From positions 434,001-498,000 of the forward strand of contig JAUFOQ010000018.1 in assembly GCA_040285855.1 (NCBI GenBank): a stretch of 64,000 nucleotides of DNA. Reading direction: 5' to 3'. The DNA comes from Eukaryota sp. GEM-RC1 (taxonomy: Eukaryota). The notes beneath the pieces are model-generated. The model did no database searches, had not been told where the DNA came from, and saw nothing but the letters and a program-made list of their open reading frames with translations. Numbering within the stretch: the first letter of the stretch is position 1; each line of letters opens with the position of its first letter. Shown in pieces: positions 14,601-29,200 of this stretch. Both the position numbers and the translations under genes were made by a program.

Positions 14601-17489
14601 GGTATAACAAGTAATTCGAGTGTGAAGCCGAATTCAATAGTTTCAATTTAGCACAATATTTTTCTTTTTTAAATTTTTCATTAATCAACAGAGGGTTTTT
14701 ATCATTAAGTTTCTTGTTGGAACCATTACAAACGTCGATAGACACAATATCAGCAATAATGAAAGAACCATCGAGACCAGGAAATATGACATCACCATGG
14801 CTATTCCCAAACGATTTGTCAACATCTGTATCATCAAACAAACCAGCCAGAACTGGTTCTAAAAGGAAACTTTTCCATAAGATTTACACATACAATATAA
14901 TTGATCCCTTACCGAATCATGAACCCTACTTCTAAAAGAAATAAAACGGTTACAATTCAATAAATGTGTAGGTGTTACAGATTGCTCACATTGACATTTC
15001 AAATTATGTGGAAGGTTATCAGGCCAAATATATGACCGTAAACGCATGTTTAATGACCAAGAGTTATCATCAAGAAAAGACCGTAAACTTGAGGGATTTG
15101 AGTAATCAGACATGAAGCAGAGCTATTAGAAACATCCATTAAGAAATTACGTGGACCATCGGGTCTTAGCTTTGACCATCTTAAAGTTGCTGTTATACAT
15201 GCTGCTGAGGTTGTTGCAGACCTCGCATACTTTTTCAATTTGATTTGTTCACAACCACACAAATTTCCTCTTGCGTTGAACAATAGTCGATTAGTAGCTT
15301 TATCTAAACCGTAATGATGTTCGACCAATTATTTTTCCCGAACATACAATTTCATCCACTCGTGGTGTCAAGAAAGGTGATCCTTTGGGCCCTTTTTCTT
15401 TTCTGTTTGCCGTTACAAAGAATTCTTCGCAAATTCTCAAGCGAATTCCCAGGATTAAGGTTGAACTCGTATGCTGATGATACCTCTTTGATTGTCCCTT
15501 TGGAAGTCATTAAATCGAGTTTTCCTCGTTTTGTTGAATTTTCTTCAAGTATTGGTTTGTCACTTAATTTTCAAAAATGTCTTGTCATTAGACGTTCTTC
15601 AGTTGATTTGAATTTTGGGGAATCTTCCATTCCGTTGGTCAATTATTCAGATGAATGAGTCAAGTTTTTGGGCAATTATATTGGTAATGATGACAAAATT
15701 AAGGAGACTTTATCACATAAGAATAATTGTGTCTTTCAGCAGCTTAACTAAATCGATAGATCGTTGATCTAGATGTAGGCAAACAAGTTTCTTTTGCTAT
15801 GCTGCAAGTTTCTTTTGGTGGTAAAATTAATCACTTTTAACGTGGTTTACCGCCCGAACTAACTCTCGAATTATCTAGTATTTTTAATTCATTGCGCACA
15901 AATTTTGTTAGTTATCTGGTTGGTAACAAAGACTCTTCACTTCCTTCTCATTATTTCACTTCTACTTCTTTTGGTGGTATTGGTTTCAAGAAAGATAAGT
16001 ACATGCGTGATGGTGCCTTTTTGGGGTCTTAAAGAAGTTTTTGTTTGAATTTCAGAATCGTTATCCTGTGTCATGGAAAACGAACGATTCTTTACTTCAC
16101 TCACCTTGTACATGGTTAATTAGTCTTCAAAATTTAATTGATAGTCTTGACTCCAATTTGTGGTCAGATTTATTTCCTGTCAGGGTAACAGAAATTCAGC
16201 AGAGAAGCATTTCCTCTTTGCCTTTGTGTGTTCGTAAGTTACAGATAAAGTTTGTATTGTTTCACGAAAGCTTGGACTTTAAAAACCGTATTAGCTTGGC
16301 TAAGACTAAGAGTCCCGTTTTTTGTGCTTTTTTGAATGATATTTCTTCAAGTGCTGTGTCTCCATTTGTTTCTTGTTTGCCAGGAAAATTTTGTTTTAAT
16401 CTTAAGGATCATGAATGGCTTAACATGATACTTAGGTTAGGTTTATGGATTTCAGGTCTTTTGAAGCATTCTCCTGTGACTTTGTGGTCGTTCAAAGGCT
16501 TCAAATTTTCATCATTTAGTTAACTGTCATCAATTTATTCATTTTGGGTCAATTATTCTCAACAGTATCCGGGATACATGTTTGGATATGTTTAAGGCTA
16601 ACGGTTTTCATGGAAAAATTGAACCTTTACTTGCTAATCTTTCTGATCAGCCAAAAGTTGATAGAAGTCGTGGTGATTTGATTGGTCCTTGGTTATCCTG
16701 TCAGGAAATTATCATGACTGTTAATCCTTGTAATTCAAGATCAATTTCCAAAAATTTTGATGATGATTTTTCTCCTCTTGAAGTGGCTGAAAAAGAAAAA
16801 AAATACAAAGTACTGTCACTTAATTAACCAATAGAATGTTGACAGATACAATTCTTTTGTGTTTCAACCTTTGCAATGTCGATATACGATAATATTGGAC
16901 CAGCTGCACAAGGTTTTTTAACTTCCTTTGGTAAATTGTGTTCTGACTACGGTAAAGTTTTCAATGAATATTTTTGGTTGAGTAGGTTAACTTTTGCGTT
17001 GTTTCATTCAATGCACAGATATTTTAATTCAATTTTAGGTAAGTTGTTCGGTGATGGACAGAAGGACCATAGTTCAGATACTTTAGTTAGTGTCTGATAG
17101 TATAGATTTATGGGACAAAACCACTAAAATAAACACAAGTACTAGAACTCAATATCATTAAAGCAATAATCATTGCCATTAAAACTCATATCAGCTTTTT
17201 CTTCATAAAAAACACTGAGAGCTTATAGAGCTTTTTAGTGTCTGTTAGTTATTAACTTCTGCATTTATTTCACTGACTGATCATGAACCCCGTTTTTTAT
17301 GATAATTGTAAAAGAAAAATCATCTAGGACATCTTAGATGATCTTAGATTTTGGAAAAATCGAATTGTGCTATCTTTAAAGGTATGGTGACTTCTATCTT
17401 GGCAGACATTATGAGAATAAGGTACGTGAGAATTTCTAGATAGGCAATCTGGACTTTGAGGATTATTAGATGTATGTAAACTGTAGTGT

Positions 17490-19084
17490 AAAAAAAACGG
17501 ATTTATGTGCGGAGAAAAACACATAATAAGTTAAGTACAAATAGATAAACACTATTAAAACAAATTATCAAACGAACTACCTAATTCCGAAAAGTAGTTG
17601 CCTCCAAACAACTTGGACAAAATGGAATCAACATATCTATACATAGACCTAAAAATCGAAAAAGCAAATTTACTCTTCCAGTACGATCTGTTAAACTTCT
17701 TGCCAAGTTCTGAACACAAATTTTCAAATAAACTTAAAAACTCCTTGGTAGAAGAACCGAAATTTCCGTACAATGAAACTGCAAAAGGCTGAAAGACGAT
17801 ATTATTGTGTCTTCGTGAATTCAATGCAGCAACTTGATGTCCATACTTAGACACTTTGGCGTTCTCAGCGTCTTTCAGCGGATCATTTGAGGGATTCAAA
17901 ATGTTGGCAATAGCTGAAGCTTTGCAAGGATCAACGGTCGTAAAATCAACAACAATTTCTTGGCATGACAACCAAGGGCCAATAAAATCACCACGTTTCT
18001 GAGTAGAATCAGGGTGATCTGAAAGATGAGAAAGTAATGGTTCGACTTTGCCATGGAAACCATTTGCCTTAAACATTTCCAAACATGTATCTCGAAGACT
18101 GTTGTGCAAAATTGAACGACAATATATGAACTTTGAACAATTGACCAAATGATGAAAGCTAGCCTTATGTTTGTTTTTACAGATACACGTGCTGTTCTGT
18201 TACAAACCAAATGGCCAAAAACCTAAACGAAGTCTCATGTTAACAAGCCATTCATGATCTTTTAGATTAAAAATAAATCTCCCTGGCAATTGAGTAATGA
18301 AAGTAGATGCTGAATCACTACTCATGTCTTGTAAAAATGCACAGAAAGCGGGACTTTTAACTTTAGCCAAGCTAATGCAGTTAGTATAGTCCAAGCTCTC
18401 ATGGAAAGATACAAATTTCTTCTGAAATTTTCTAACACCAAGAGGAAGGGAAAAAAGCGTACGTTGAGGTGTTTCCGTCACAGATGCAGGGAACAAGGAT
18501 TCCCAAACATCAGGGTTCATACCATCTACAAGATTTTGAAGTGATATAAGCCATTGACAAGGCGAATATCGAATGAGATCTTCATTAGACCAAAGTAAGG
18601 GAACTACGTAATATATTATAACGTAACTGAAATTCATACAGAAGATTCTTCAAACATCCTAAAAAGGCACCTTCACGCATATAACGAGCCTTGGAAAACC
18701 AATTCCACCAAATCTCACAGCAGCAAATGAATGACGATGAATGGAAAGCTTTTTCGACTCTACCAGCTCTGACAAAAACTCTGTTCTCAGAGCGTTAAAA
18801 CGACGAGAAAGGTCTACCGTAAGCTCAGGAGGTAACCCACGTAAAAAATGATTGACTTTACCTGCAAAACAAACTTGCAAAGTGGCAAAGGATACTTGTT
18901 TACCTACATTCAAATCTAACACATTTCTCAACTTTTGATCAAGAGAATCAATCTTCTTCTCCAGCATACTCACAATTTGAGAGGAATTGCCAATAAAGTT
19001 TCCAAGAAACTTGATACAATCAGAAGAATAATTAATAAAAGGAATAGCAACACCTTCATGCAAAACAGTGTAAAAGCAAACAAC
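17490..19084 (-). mobile_element. 5'-truncated RLE non-LTR retrotransposon with oligo(T) tail
   Basis: RT-thumb and RLE ORFs (17555-19063). 10-bp TSD ACTGTAGTGT (17480-17489, 19085-19094). Sense 3' end CATAAATCCG-T8. Empty site at ~31815. Confidence 0.92.
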
Positions 19085-22000
19085 ACTGTAGTGTTGTTGT
19101 CAATAAAAACTGTTAGACAAAAAAATAGTTTTGGTTGAATCGTATTGTTTTTACAATATTGAAAACAATTCCTATCATGATTTCAAAAACTCTATTAGCT
19201 CTCAGTGAGAAAAAGCTGATGTGAGGTGTGATTGTGGCTTTGAGTTCTAGTATTTGTGTTTTTCTTAGTTTTTTTTTGTTCCATAGAAGGTGAAATTTCA
19301 AGAAAAAACAACTACAGCTTTGTCCTCATAAAAAGAACTCACAGCTAATATAACTTTGGAGAGGAGATTTTTCCGAACTTACAGTATTCAATAAATAAAA
19401 TCTTTTGAAACATTGAACGAAATATAGAAAAAACAAGAAGGTCCCTCCAAAAACTAATGTTAACCTTCTTGCCAAATTCATATCACAATTGATTAAAAGA
19501 TGACAAAAACAGTTGAGCTTTTTTTGACAAGTTATATTGGTAACCACACTACAGTGTACATGCATCTAATAATCAATGTCCTCAAAGACGGTTGAACTGA
19601 AATTCAACCATAAATATAAAATATACCGAAATTTCAATAAATTTAAATACCGAATGGTTGAAATACCAAAGCATTATGTCTTTTTGAATTCAATTTAAGA
19701 ATACAATCACAATAACGAAGACATTTCATATATCTTCAGCATTAACCAATAGGTCATACAATGTTTTGCTACTAACAGTATCATTACATGGATCCACAGT
19801 GGAGAAATCCAAAACAACTTCTTCACAATTTAATCATGGACTAATTAAATCGCCACTACTCTTATCACGAATGAAAGAATCAGAAAACGCGGACAATAGG
19901 GGTTCAATTTTACCATGAAATCCGTTTGATTTAAATAAAGAAAGTCATTGATCACGAATACTGATGTGAAGGACAGAACTCATATGAATAAATTCAGGGC
20001 AATTAACAATGTGATGAAGCCTGCTTTGAAGCACTACAGATGCACTTAGACTGTTGAAGTAAGCCATTACGCCAGAGCCCCAATCTCAAACGCATATTAA
20101 TTACCCATTCTTGATCACTCAAATTAAAATTGAAGCGTTGATGATAGACAAAAGAAGACGCACCAGCACTTGAAACGTCCGTTAAAAAAAGCACATTGGA
20201 AGTGAGAAAATAGAGCGTCTTGGGAATTCACTCACTGAAACAGGAAACCATTCTTCGGCATTAAAAAAAACGGATTTATGTACGGAGAAAAACACATAAC
20301 AAGATAAGTACAAATAAATAAACACTATTAAAACAAATTATCAAACGAACTACCTAATTCCGAAAAGTAGTTGCCTCCAAACAACTTGGACAAAATGGAA
20401 TCAATCAGCATTAAGATTTTCGATAAAATTATTCAAGCCCAGAAGCACAAACATTGTGATCAAGATATACCACCAGCAGTCCAACAATCTTTGAACCGTT
20501 CACGAAATTAATACGAAGAATTAATGAGTCATCCTAGAAAAGGACCCTTCGGGTAAATATTTTGCTTTTGAGAATCCAATTCCAACAAATTCTGCTGAAC
20601 TAAAACAATGAACAGGTAATGAATCATCATTGCCTACTAAACTACCTATACATTTTGTTTTCATTTTGCCAAAATTTCTTGAATAATAAAGACAGTTTAT
20701 TGATGGAGGGTACAAAAATACATATCATAATCAAAGCTATGAAACACTAGACACCGAAAATTCCTGGTCAAAAGTACCACAGTTTTTATACAACTTTGTG
20801 AAAATTGATTCAAAGAACTTAGGCACCGAACGGAACAAAGCAAACAAACGGTTATGCCAAATTGATAAGTTAAATCTCTTATTCTGAGACTTACACATAG
20901 ATCCAAAATCAGTTAAAAACTTGGAAGCCATTTCACCAATACTACCGAAAATAGAAATAGCAAATGGAACAAATACAAATTTTGAATATATATACATTTT
21001 GATTGAGTTTAGCAGCATCTTTGGAATACAAATCAATTTTACGGTTTTCAGCTGTTTCTAGGTGATTAAAACCTTTTGAATTCAAGCCATTAACATAAGT
21101 TTGAGCACATGGATCTACTGTTATAACATCAAGGATAATTTGACTAGAATCAACAAAAGGACCATGTAAGTCACCTCGACGAGAATTATTAATTAAATCA
21201 AGACCCAACTTACTAAATAAAGGTTCAACTTTGGCATGAAATCCATGAGCCTTAAACATTTCAAATGTAACATCTCTTACAGCATTATGAAGAACTGAGC
21301 GAAATTGAATAAATTTAAAATTTGAATAATTACAAGTCACTTCAAGAAGAAGATCTCGAAGAATACGATTAATTTTTCCTGTGACACAAGCTTGTAACAT
21401 TGCAAAGCCACTTGTTTGCCGACATCTAAATCCAAGATTTCTTTTAATCGGAACTTTATGTAATATTATTTACTTTATTGACAAGTTTTATTGACAACAA
21501 CAGTACAGTGTACATACATCTAATAATCAATATCCTCAAAGTCCAGATTGCCTATCTGGAAATTTTCACCTACCTTATCTGCATAATGGTTGCCAAGAGA
21601 TGATAAAGCACTAGATACAGAAGTAACCATACCTTTAAAGATAGCAAACACAATTCGACTTTTACAATCTTCACAAAGATTTCAAGTAGTGATGTTGCAG
21701 ATTCACCTAAAGAACCGTACACTGAAAATACAAAGGGGTATAACAAGTAATTCGAGTGTAAAGCCGAATTCAATAGTTTCAATTTAGCACAATATTTTTT
21801 CTTTTTTAAATTTTTCATTAATCAACAGAGGGTTTTTATCATTAAGTTTCTTGTTGGAACCATTACAAACGTCGATAGACACAATATCAGCAATAATGAA
21901 AGAACCATCGAGACCAGGAAATATGACATCACCATGGCTATTCCCAAACTATTTGTCAACATCTGTATCATCAAACAAAACAAGCCAGAACTGGTTCTAA

Positions 22001-24629
22001 AAGGAAACTTTTCCATAAGATTTACACATACAATATAATTGATCCCTTACCGAATCATGAACCCTACTTCTAAAAGAAATAAAACGGTTACAATTCAATA
22101 AATGTGTAGGTGTTACAGATTGCTCACATTGACATTTCAAATTATGTGGAAGGTTATCAGGCCAAATATATGACCGTAAACGCATGTTTAATGACCAAGA
22201 GTTATCATCAAGAAAAAGACCGTAAACTTGAGGGATTTGAGTAATCAGACATGAAGCAGAGCTATTAGAAACATCCATTAAGAAATTACGTGGACCATCG
22301 GGTCTTAGCTTTGACCATCTTAAAGTTGCTGTTATACATGCTGCTGAGGTTGTTGCAGACCTCGCATACTTTTTCAATTTGATTTGTTCACAACCACACA
22401 AATTTCCTCTTGCGTTGAACAATAGTCGATTAGTAGCTATATCTAAACCGTAATGATGTTCGACCAATTATTTTTCCCGAACATACAATTTCATCCACTC
22501 GTGGTGTCAAGAAAGGTGATCCTTTGGGCCCTTTTTCTTTTCTGTTTGCCGTTACAAAGAATTCTTCGCAAATTCTCAAGCGAATTCCCAGGGTTAAGGT
22601 TGAACTCGTATGCTGATGATACCTCTTTGATTGTCCCTTTGGAAGTCATTAAATCGAGTTTTCCTCGTTTTGTTGAATTTTCTTCAAGTATTGGTTTGTC
22701 ACTTAATTTTCAAAAATGTCTTGTCATTAGACGTTCTTCAGTTGATTTGAATTTTGGGGAATCTTCCATTCCGTTGGTCAATTATTCAGATGAATGTGTC
22801 AAGTTTTTGGGCAATTATATTGGTAATGATGACAAAATTAAGGAGACTTTATCACATAAGAATAATTGTGTCTTTCAGCAGCTTAACTAAATCGATAGAT
22901 CGTTGATCTAGATGTAGGCAAACAAGTTTCTTTTGCTATGCTGCAAGTTTCTTTTGGTGGTAAAATTAATCACTTTTAACGTGGTTTACCGCCCGAACTA
23001 ACTCTCGAATTATCTAATATTTTTAATTCATTGCGCACAAATTTTGTTAGTTATCTGGTTGGTAACAAAGACTCTTCACTTCCTTCTCATTATTTCACTT
23101 CTACTTCTTTTTGGTGGTATTGGTTTCAAGAAAGATAAGTACATGCGTGATGGTGCCTTTTTGGGGTCTTAAAGAAGTTTTTGTTTGAATTTCAGAATCG
23201 TTATCCTGTGTCATGGAAAACGAACGATTCTTTTCTTCACTCACCTTGTACATGGTTAATTAGTCTTCAAAATTTAATTGATAGTCTTGACTCCAATTTG
23301 TGGTCAGATTTATTTCCTGTCAGGGTAACAGAAATTCAGCAGAGAAGCATTTCCTCTTTGCCTTTGTGTGTTCGTAAGTTACAGATAAAGTTTGTATTGT
23401 TTCACGAAAGCTTGGACTTTAAAAACCGTATTAGCTTGGCTAAGACTAAGAGTCCCGTTTTTTGTGCTTTTTTGAATGATATTTCTTCAAGTGCTGTGTC
23501 TCCATTTGTTTCTTGTTTGCCAGGAAAATTTTGTTTTAATCTTAAGGATCATGAATGGCTTAACATGATACTTAGGTTAGGTTTATGGATTTCAGGTCTT
23601 TTGAAGCATTCTCCTGTGACTTTGTGGTCGTTCAAAGGCTTCAAATTTTCATCATTTAGTTAACTGTCATCAATTTATTCATTTTGGGTCAATTATTCTC
23701 AACAGTACCCGGGATACATGTTTGGATATGTTTAAGGCTAACGGTTTTCATGGAAAAATTGAACCTTTACTTGCTAATCTTTCTGATCAGCCAAAAGTTG
23801 ATAGAAGTCGTGGTGATTTGATTGGTCCTTGGTTATCCTGTCAGGAAATTATCATGACTGTTAATCCTTGTAATTCAAGATCAATTTCCAAAAATTTTGA
23901 TGATGATTTTTCTCCTCTTGAAGTGGCTGAAAAAGAAAAAAATACAAAGTACTGTCACTTAATTAACCAATAGAATGTTGACAGATACAATTCTTTTGTG
24001 TTTCAACCTTTTGCAATGTCGATATACGATAATATTGGACCAGCTGCACAAGGTTTTTTAACTTCCCTTTGGTAAATTGTGTTCTGACTACGGTAAAGTT
24101 TTCAATGAATATTTTTGGTTGAGTAGGTTAACTTTTGCGTTGTTTCATTCAATGCACAGATATTTTAATTCAATTTTAGGTAAGTTGTTCGGTGATGGAC
24201 AGAAGGACCATAGTTCAGATACTTTAGTTAGTGTCTGTTAGTATAGATTTATGGGACAAAACCACTAATAAACACAAGTACTATAACTCAATATCATTAA
24301 AGCAATAATCATTGCCATTAAAACTCATATCAGCTTTTTTCTTCATAAAAAACACTGAGAGCTAATAGAGCTTTTTAGTGTCTGTTAGTTATTAACTTCT
24401 GCATTTATTTCACTGACTGATCATAAACCCCGTTTTTTATGATAATTGTAAAAGAAAAATCATCTAGGACATCTTAGATGATCTTAGATTTTGGAAAAAT
24501 CGAATTGTGCTATCTTTAAAGGTATGGTGACTTCTATCTTGACAGACATTATGAGAATAAGGTACGTGAGAATTTCTAGATAGGCAATCTGGACTTTGAG
24601 GATTATTAGATGTATGTAAACTGTAGTGT

Positions 24630-26210
24630 AAAAAAAACGGATTTATGTGCGGAGAAAAACACATAATAAGTTAAGTACAAATAGATAAACACTATTAAAA
24701 ACAAATTATCAAACGAACTACCTAATTCCGAAAAGTAGTTGCCTCCAAACAACTTGGACAAAATGGAATCAACATATCTATACATAGACCTAAAAATCGA
24801 AAAAGCAAATTTACTCTTCCAGTACGATCTGTTAAACTTCTTGCCAAGTTCTGAACACAAATTTTCAAATAAACTTAAAAACTCCTTGGTAGAAGAACCG
24901 AAATTTCCGTACAATGAAACTGCAAAAGGCTGAAAGACGATATTATTGTGTCTTCGTGAATTCAATGCAGCAACTTGATGTCCATACTTAGACACTTTGG
25001 CGTTCTCAGCGTCTTTCAGCGGATCATTTGAGGGATTCAAAATGTTGGCAATAGCTGAAGCTTTGCAAGGATCAACGGTCGTAAAATCAACAACAATTTC
25101 TTGGCATGACAACCAAGGGCCAATAAAATCACCACGTTTCTGAGTAGAATCAGGGTGATCTGAAAGATGAGAAAGTAATGGTTCGACTTTGCCATGGAAA
25201 CCATTTGCCTTAAACATTTCCAAACATGTATCTCGAAGACTGTTGTGCAAAATTGAACGACAATATATGAACTTTGAACAATTGACCAAATGATGAAAGC
25301 TAGCCTTATGTTTGTTTTTACAGATACACGTGCTGTTCTGTAACAAACCAAATGGCCAAAAACCTAAACGAAGTCTCATGTTAACAAGCCATTCATGATC
25401 TTTTTAGATTAAAAATAAATCTCCCTGGCAATTGAGTAATGAAAGTAGATGCTGAATCACTACTCATGTCTTGTAAAAATGCACAGAAAGCGGGACTTTT
25501 AACTTTAGCCAAGCTAATGCAGTTAGTATAGTCCAAGCTCTCATGGAAAGATACAAATTTCTTCTGAAATTTTCTAACACCAAGAGGAAGGGAAAAAAGC
25601 GTACGTTGAGGTGTTTCCGTCACAGATGCAGGGAACAAGGATTCCCAAACATCAGGGTTCATACCATCTACAAGATTTTGAAGTGATATAAGCCATTGAC
25701 AAGGCGAATATCGAATGAGATCTTCATTAGACCAAAGTAAGGGATAACGTAACTTAAATTCATACAGCAGATTCTTCAAACATCCTAAAAAGGCACCTTC
25801 ACGCATATAACGAGCCTTGGAAAAGCAATTCCACCAAATCTCACAGCAGCAAATGAATGACGATGAATGGAAAGCTTTTTCGACTCTACCAGCTCTGACA
25901 AAAACTCTGTTCTCAGAGCGTTAAAACGACGAGAAAGGTCTACCGTAAGCTCAGGAGGTAACCCACGTAAAAAATGATTGACTTTACCTGCAAAACAAAC
26001 TTGCAAAGTGGCAAAGGATACTTGTTTACCTACATTCAAATCTAACACATTTCTCAACTTTTGATCAAGAGAATCAATCTTCTTCTCCAGCATACTCACA
26101 ATTTGAGAGGAATTGCCAATAAAGTTTCCAAGAAACTTGATACAATCAGAAGAATAATTAATAAAAGGAATAGCAACACCTTCATGCAAAATAGTGTAAA
26201 AGCAAACAAC
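24630..26210 (-). mobile_element. Second copy of the same truncated RLE insertion, duplicated with the array unit
   Basis: Same TSD ACTGTAGTGT (24620-24629, 26211-26220) and the same truncation point as 17490-19084. Confidence 0.92.
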
Positions 26211-29200
26211 ACTGTAGTGTTGTTGTCAATAAAAACTGTTAGACAAAAAAATAGTTTTGGTTGAATCGTATTGTTTTTACAATATTGAAAACAATTCCTA
26301 TCATGATTTCAAAAACTCTATTAGCTCTCAGTGAGAAAAAGCTGATGTGAGGTGTGATTGTGGCTTTGAGTTCTAGTATTTGTGTTTTTCTTAGTTTTTT
26401 TTTGTTCCATAGAAGGTGAAATTTCAAGAAAAAACAACTACAGCTTTGTCCTCATAAAAAGAACTCACAGCTAATATAACTTTGGAGAGGAGATTTTTCC
26501 GAACTTACAGTATTCAATAAATAAAATCTTTTGAAACATTGAACGAAATATAGAAAAAACAAGAAGGTCCCTCCAAAAACTAATGTTAACCTTCTTGCCA
26601 AATTCATATCACAATTGATTAAAAGATGACAAAAACAGTTGAGCTTTTTTTTGACAAGTTATATTGGTAACCACACTACAGTGTACATGCATCTAATAAT
26701 CAATGTCCTCAAAGACGGTTGAACTGAAATTCAACCATAAATATAAAATATACCGAAATTTCAATAAATTTAAATACCGAATGGTTGAAATACCAAAGCA
26801 TTATGTCTTTTTGAATTCAATTTAAGAATACAATCACAATAACGAAGACATTTCATATATCTTCAGCATTAACCAATAGATCATACAATGTTTTGCTACT
26901 AACAGTATCATTACATGGATCCACAGTGGAGAAATCCAAAACAACTTCTTCACAATTTAATCATGGACTAATTAAATCGCCACGACTCTTATCACGAATG
27001 AAAGAATCAGAAAACGCGGACAATAGGGGTTCAATTTTACCATGAAATCCGTTTGATTTAAATAAAGAAAGTCATTGATCACGAATACTGATGTGAAGGA
27101 CAGAACTCATATGAATAAATTCAGGGCAATTAACAATGTGATGAAGCCTGCTTTGAAGCACTACAGATGCACTTAGACTGTTGAAGTAAGCCATTACGCC
27201 AGAGCCCCAATCTCAAACGCATATTAATTACCCATTCTTGATCACTCAAATTAAAATTGAAGCGTTGATGATAGACAAAAGAAGACGCACCAGCACTTGA
27301 AACGTCCGTTAAAAAAAGCACATTGGAAGTGAGAAAATAGAGCGTCTTGGGAATTCACTCACTGAAACAGGAAACCATTCTTCGGCATTAAAAAAACGGA
27401 TTTATGTACGGAGAAAAACACATAACAAGATAAGTACAAATAAATAAACACTATTAAAACAAATTATCAAACGAACTACCTAATTCCGAAAAGTAGTTGC
27501 CTCCAAACAACTTGGACAAAATGGAATCAATCAGCATTAAGATTTTCGATAAAATTATTCAAGCCCAGAAGCACAAACATTGTGATCAAGATATACCACC
27601 AGCAGTCCAACAATCTTTGAACCGTTCACGAAATTAATACGAAGAATTAATGAGTCATCCTAGAAAAGGACCCTTCGGGTAAATATTTTGCTTTTGAGAA
27701 TCCAATTCCAACAAATTCTGCTGAACTAAAACAATGAACAGGTAATGAATCATCATTGCCTACTAAACTACCTATACATTTTGTTTTCATTTTGCCAAAA
27801 TTTCTTGAATAATAAAGACAGTTTATTGATGGAGGGTACAAAAATACATATCATAATCAAAGCTATGAAACACTAGACACCGAAAATTCCTGGTCAAAAG
27901 TACCACAGTTTTTATACAACTTTGTGAAAATTGATTCAAAGAACTTAGGCACCGAACGGAACAAAGCAAACAAACGGTTATGCCAAATTGATAAGTTAAA
28001 TCTCTTATTCTGAGACTTACACATAGATCCAAAATCAGTTAAAAACTTGGAAGCCATTTCACCAATACTACCGAAAATAGAAATAGCAAATGGAACAAAT
28101 ACAAATTTTGAATATATATACATTTTGATTGAGTTTAGCAGCATCTTTGGAATACAAATCAATTTTACGGTTTTCAGCTGTTTCTAGGTGATTAAAACCT
28201 TTTGAATTCAAGCCATTAACATAAGTTTGAGCACATGGATCTACTGTTATAACATCAAGGATAATTTGACTAGAATCAACAAAAGGACCATGTAAGTCAC
28301 CTCGACGAGAATTATTAATTAAATCAAGACCCAACTTACTAAATAAAGGTTCAACTTTGGCATGAAATCCATGAGCCTTAAACATTTCAAATGTAACATC
28401 TCTTACAGCATTATGAAGAACTGAGCGAAATTGAATAAATTTAAAATTTGAATAATTACAAGTCACTTCAAGAAGAAGATCTCGAAGAATACGATTAATT
28501 TTTCCTGTGACACAAGCTTGTAACATTGCAAAGCCACTTGTTTGCCGACATCTAAATCCAAGATTTCTTTTAATCGGAACTTTATGTAATATTATTTACT
28601 TTATTGACAAGTTTTATTGACAACAACAGTACAGTGTACATACATCTAATAATCAATATCCTCAAAGTCCAGATTGCCTATCTGGAAATTTTCACCTACC
28701 TTATCTGCATAATGGTTGCCAAGAGATGATAAAGCACTAGATACAGAAGTAACCATACCTTTAAAGATAGCAAACACAATTCGACTTTTACAATCTTCAC
28801 AAAGATTTCAAGTAGTGATGTTGCAGATTCACCTAAAGAACCGTACACTGAAAATACAAAGGGGTATAACAAGTAATTCGAGTGTGAAGCCGAATTCAAT
28901 AGTTTCAATTTAGCACAATATTTTTCTTTTTAAATTTTTCATTAATCAACAGAGGGTTTTTATCATTAAGTTTCTTGTTGGAACCATTACAAACGTCGAT
29001 AGACACAATATCAGCAATAATGAAAGAACCATCGAGACCAGGAAATATGACATCACCATGGCTATTCCCAAACGATTTGTCAACATCTGTATCATCAAAC
29101 AAACCAGCCAGAACTGGTTCTAAAAAGGAATCTTTTCCATAAGATTTACACATACAATATAATTGATCCCTTACCGAATCATGAACCCTACTTCTAAAAG

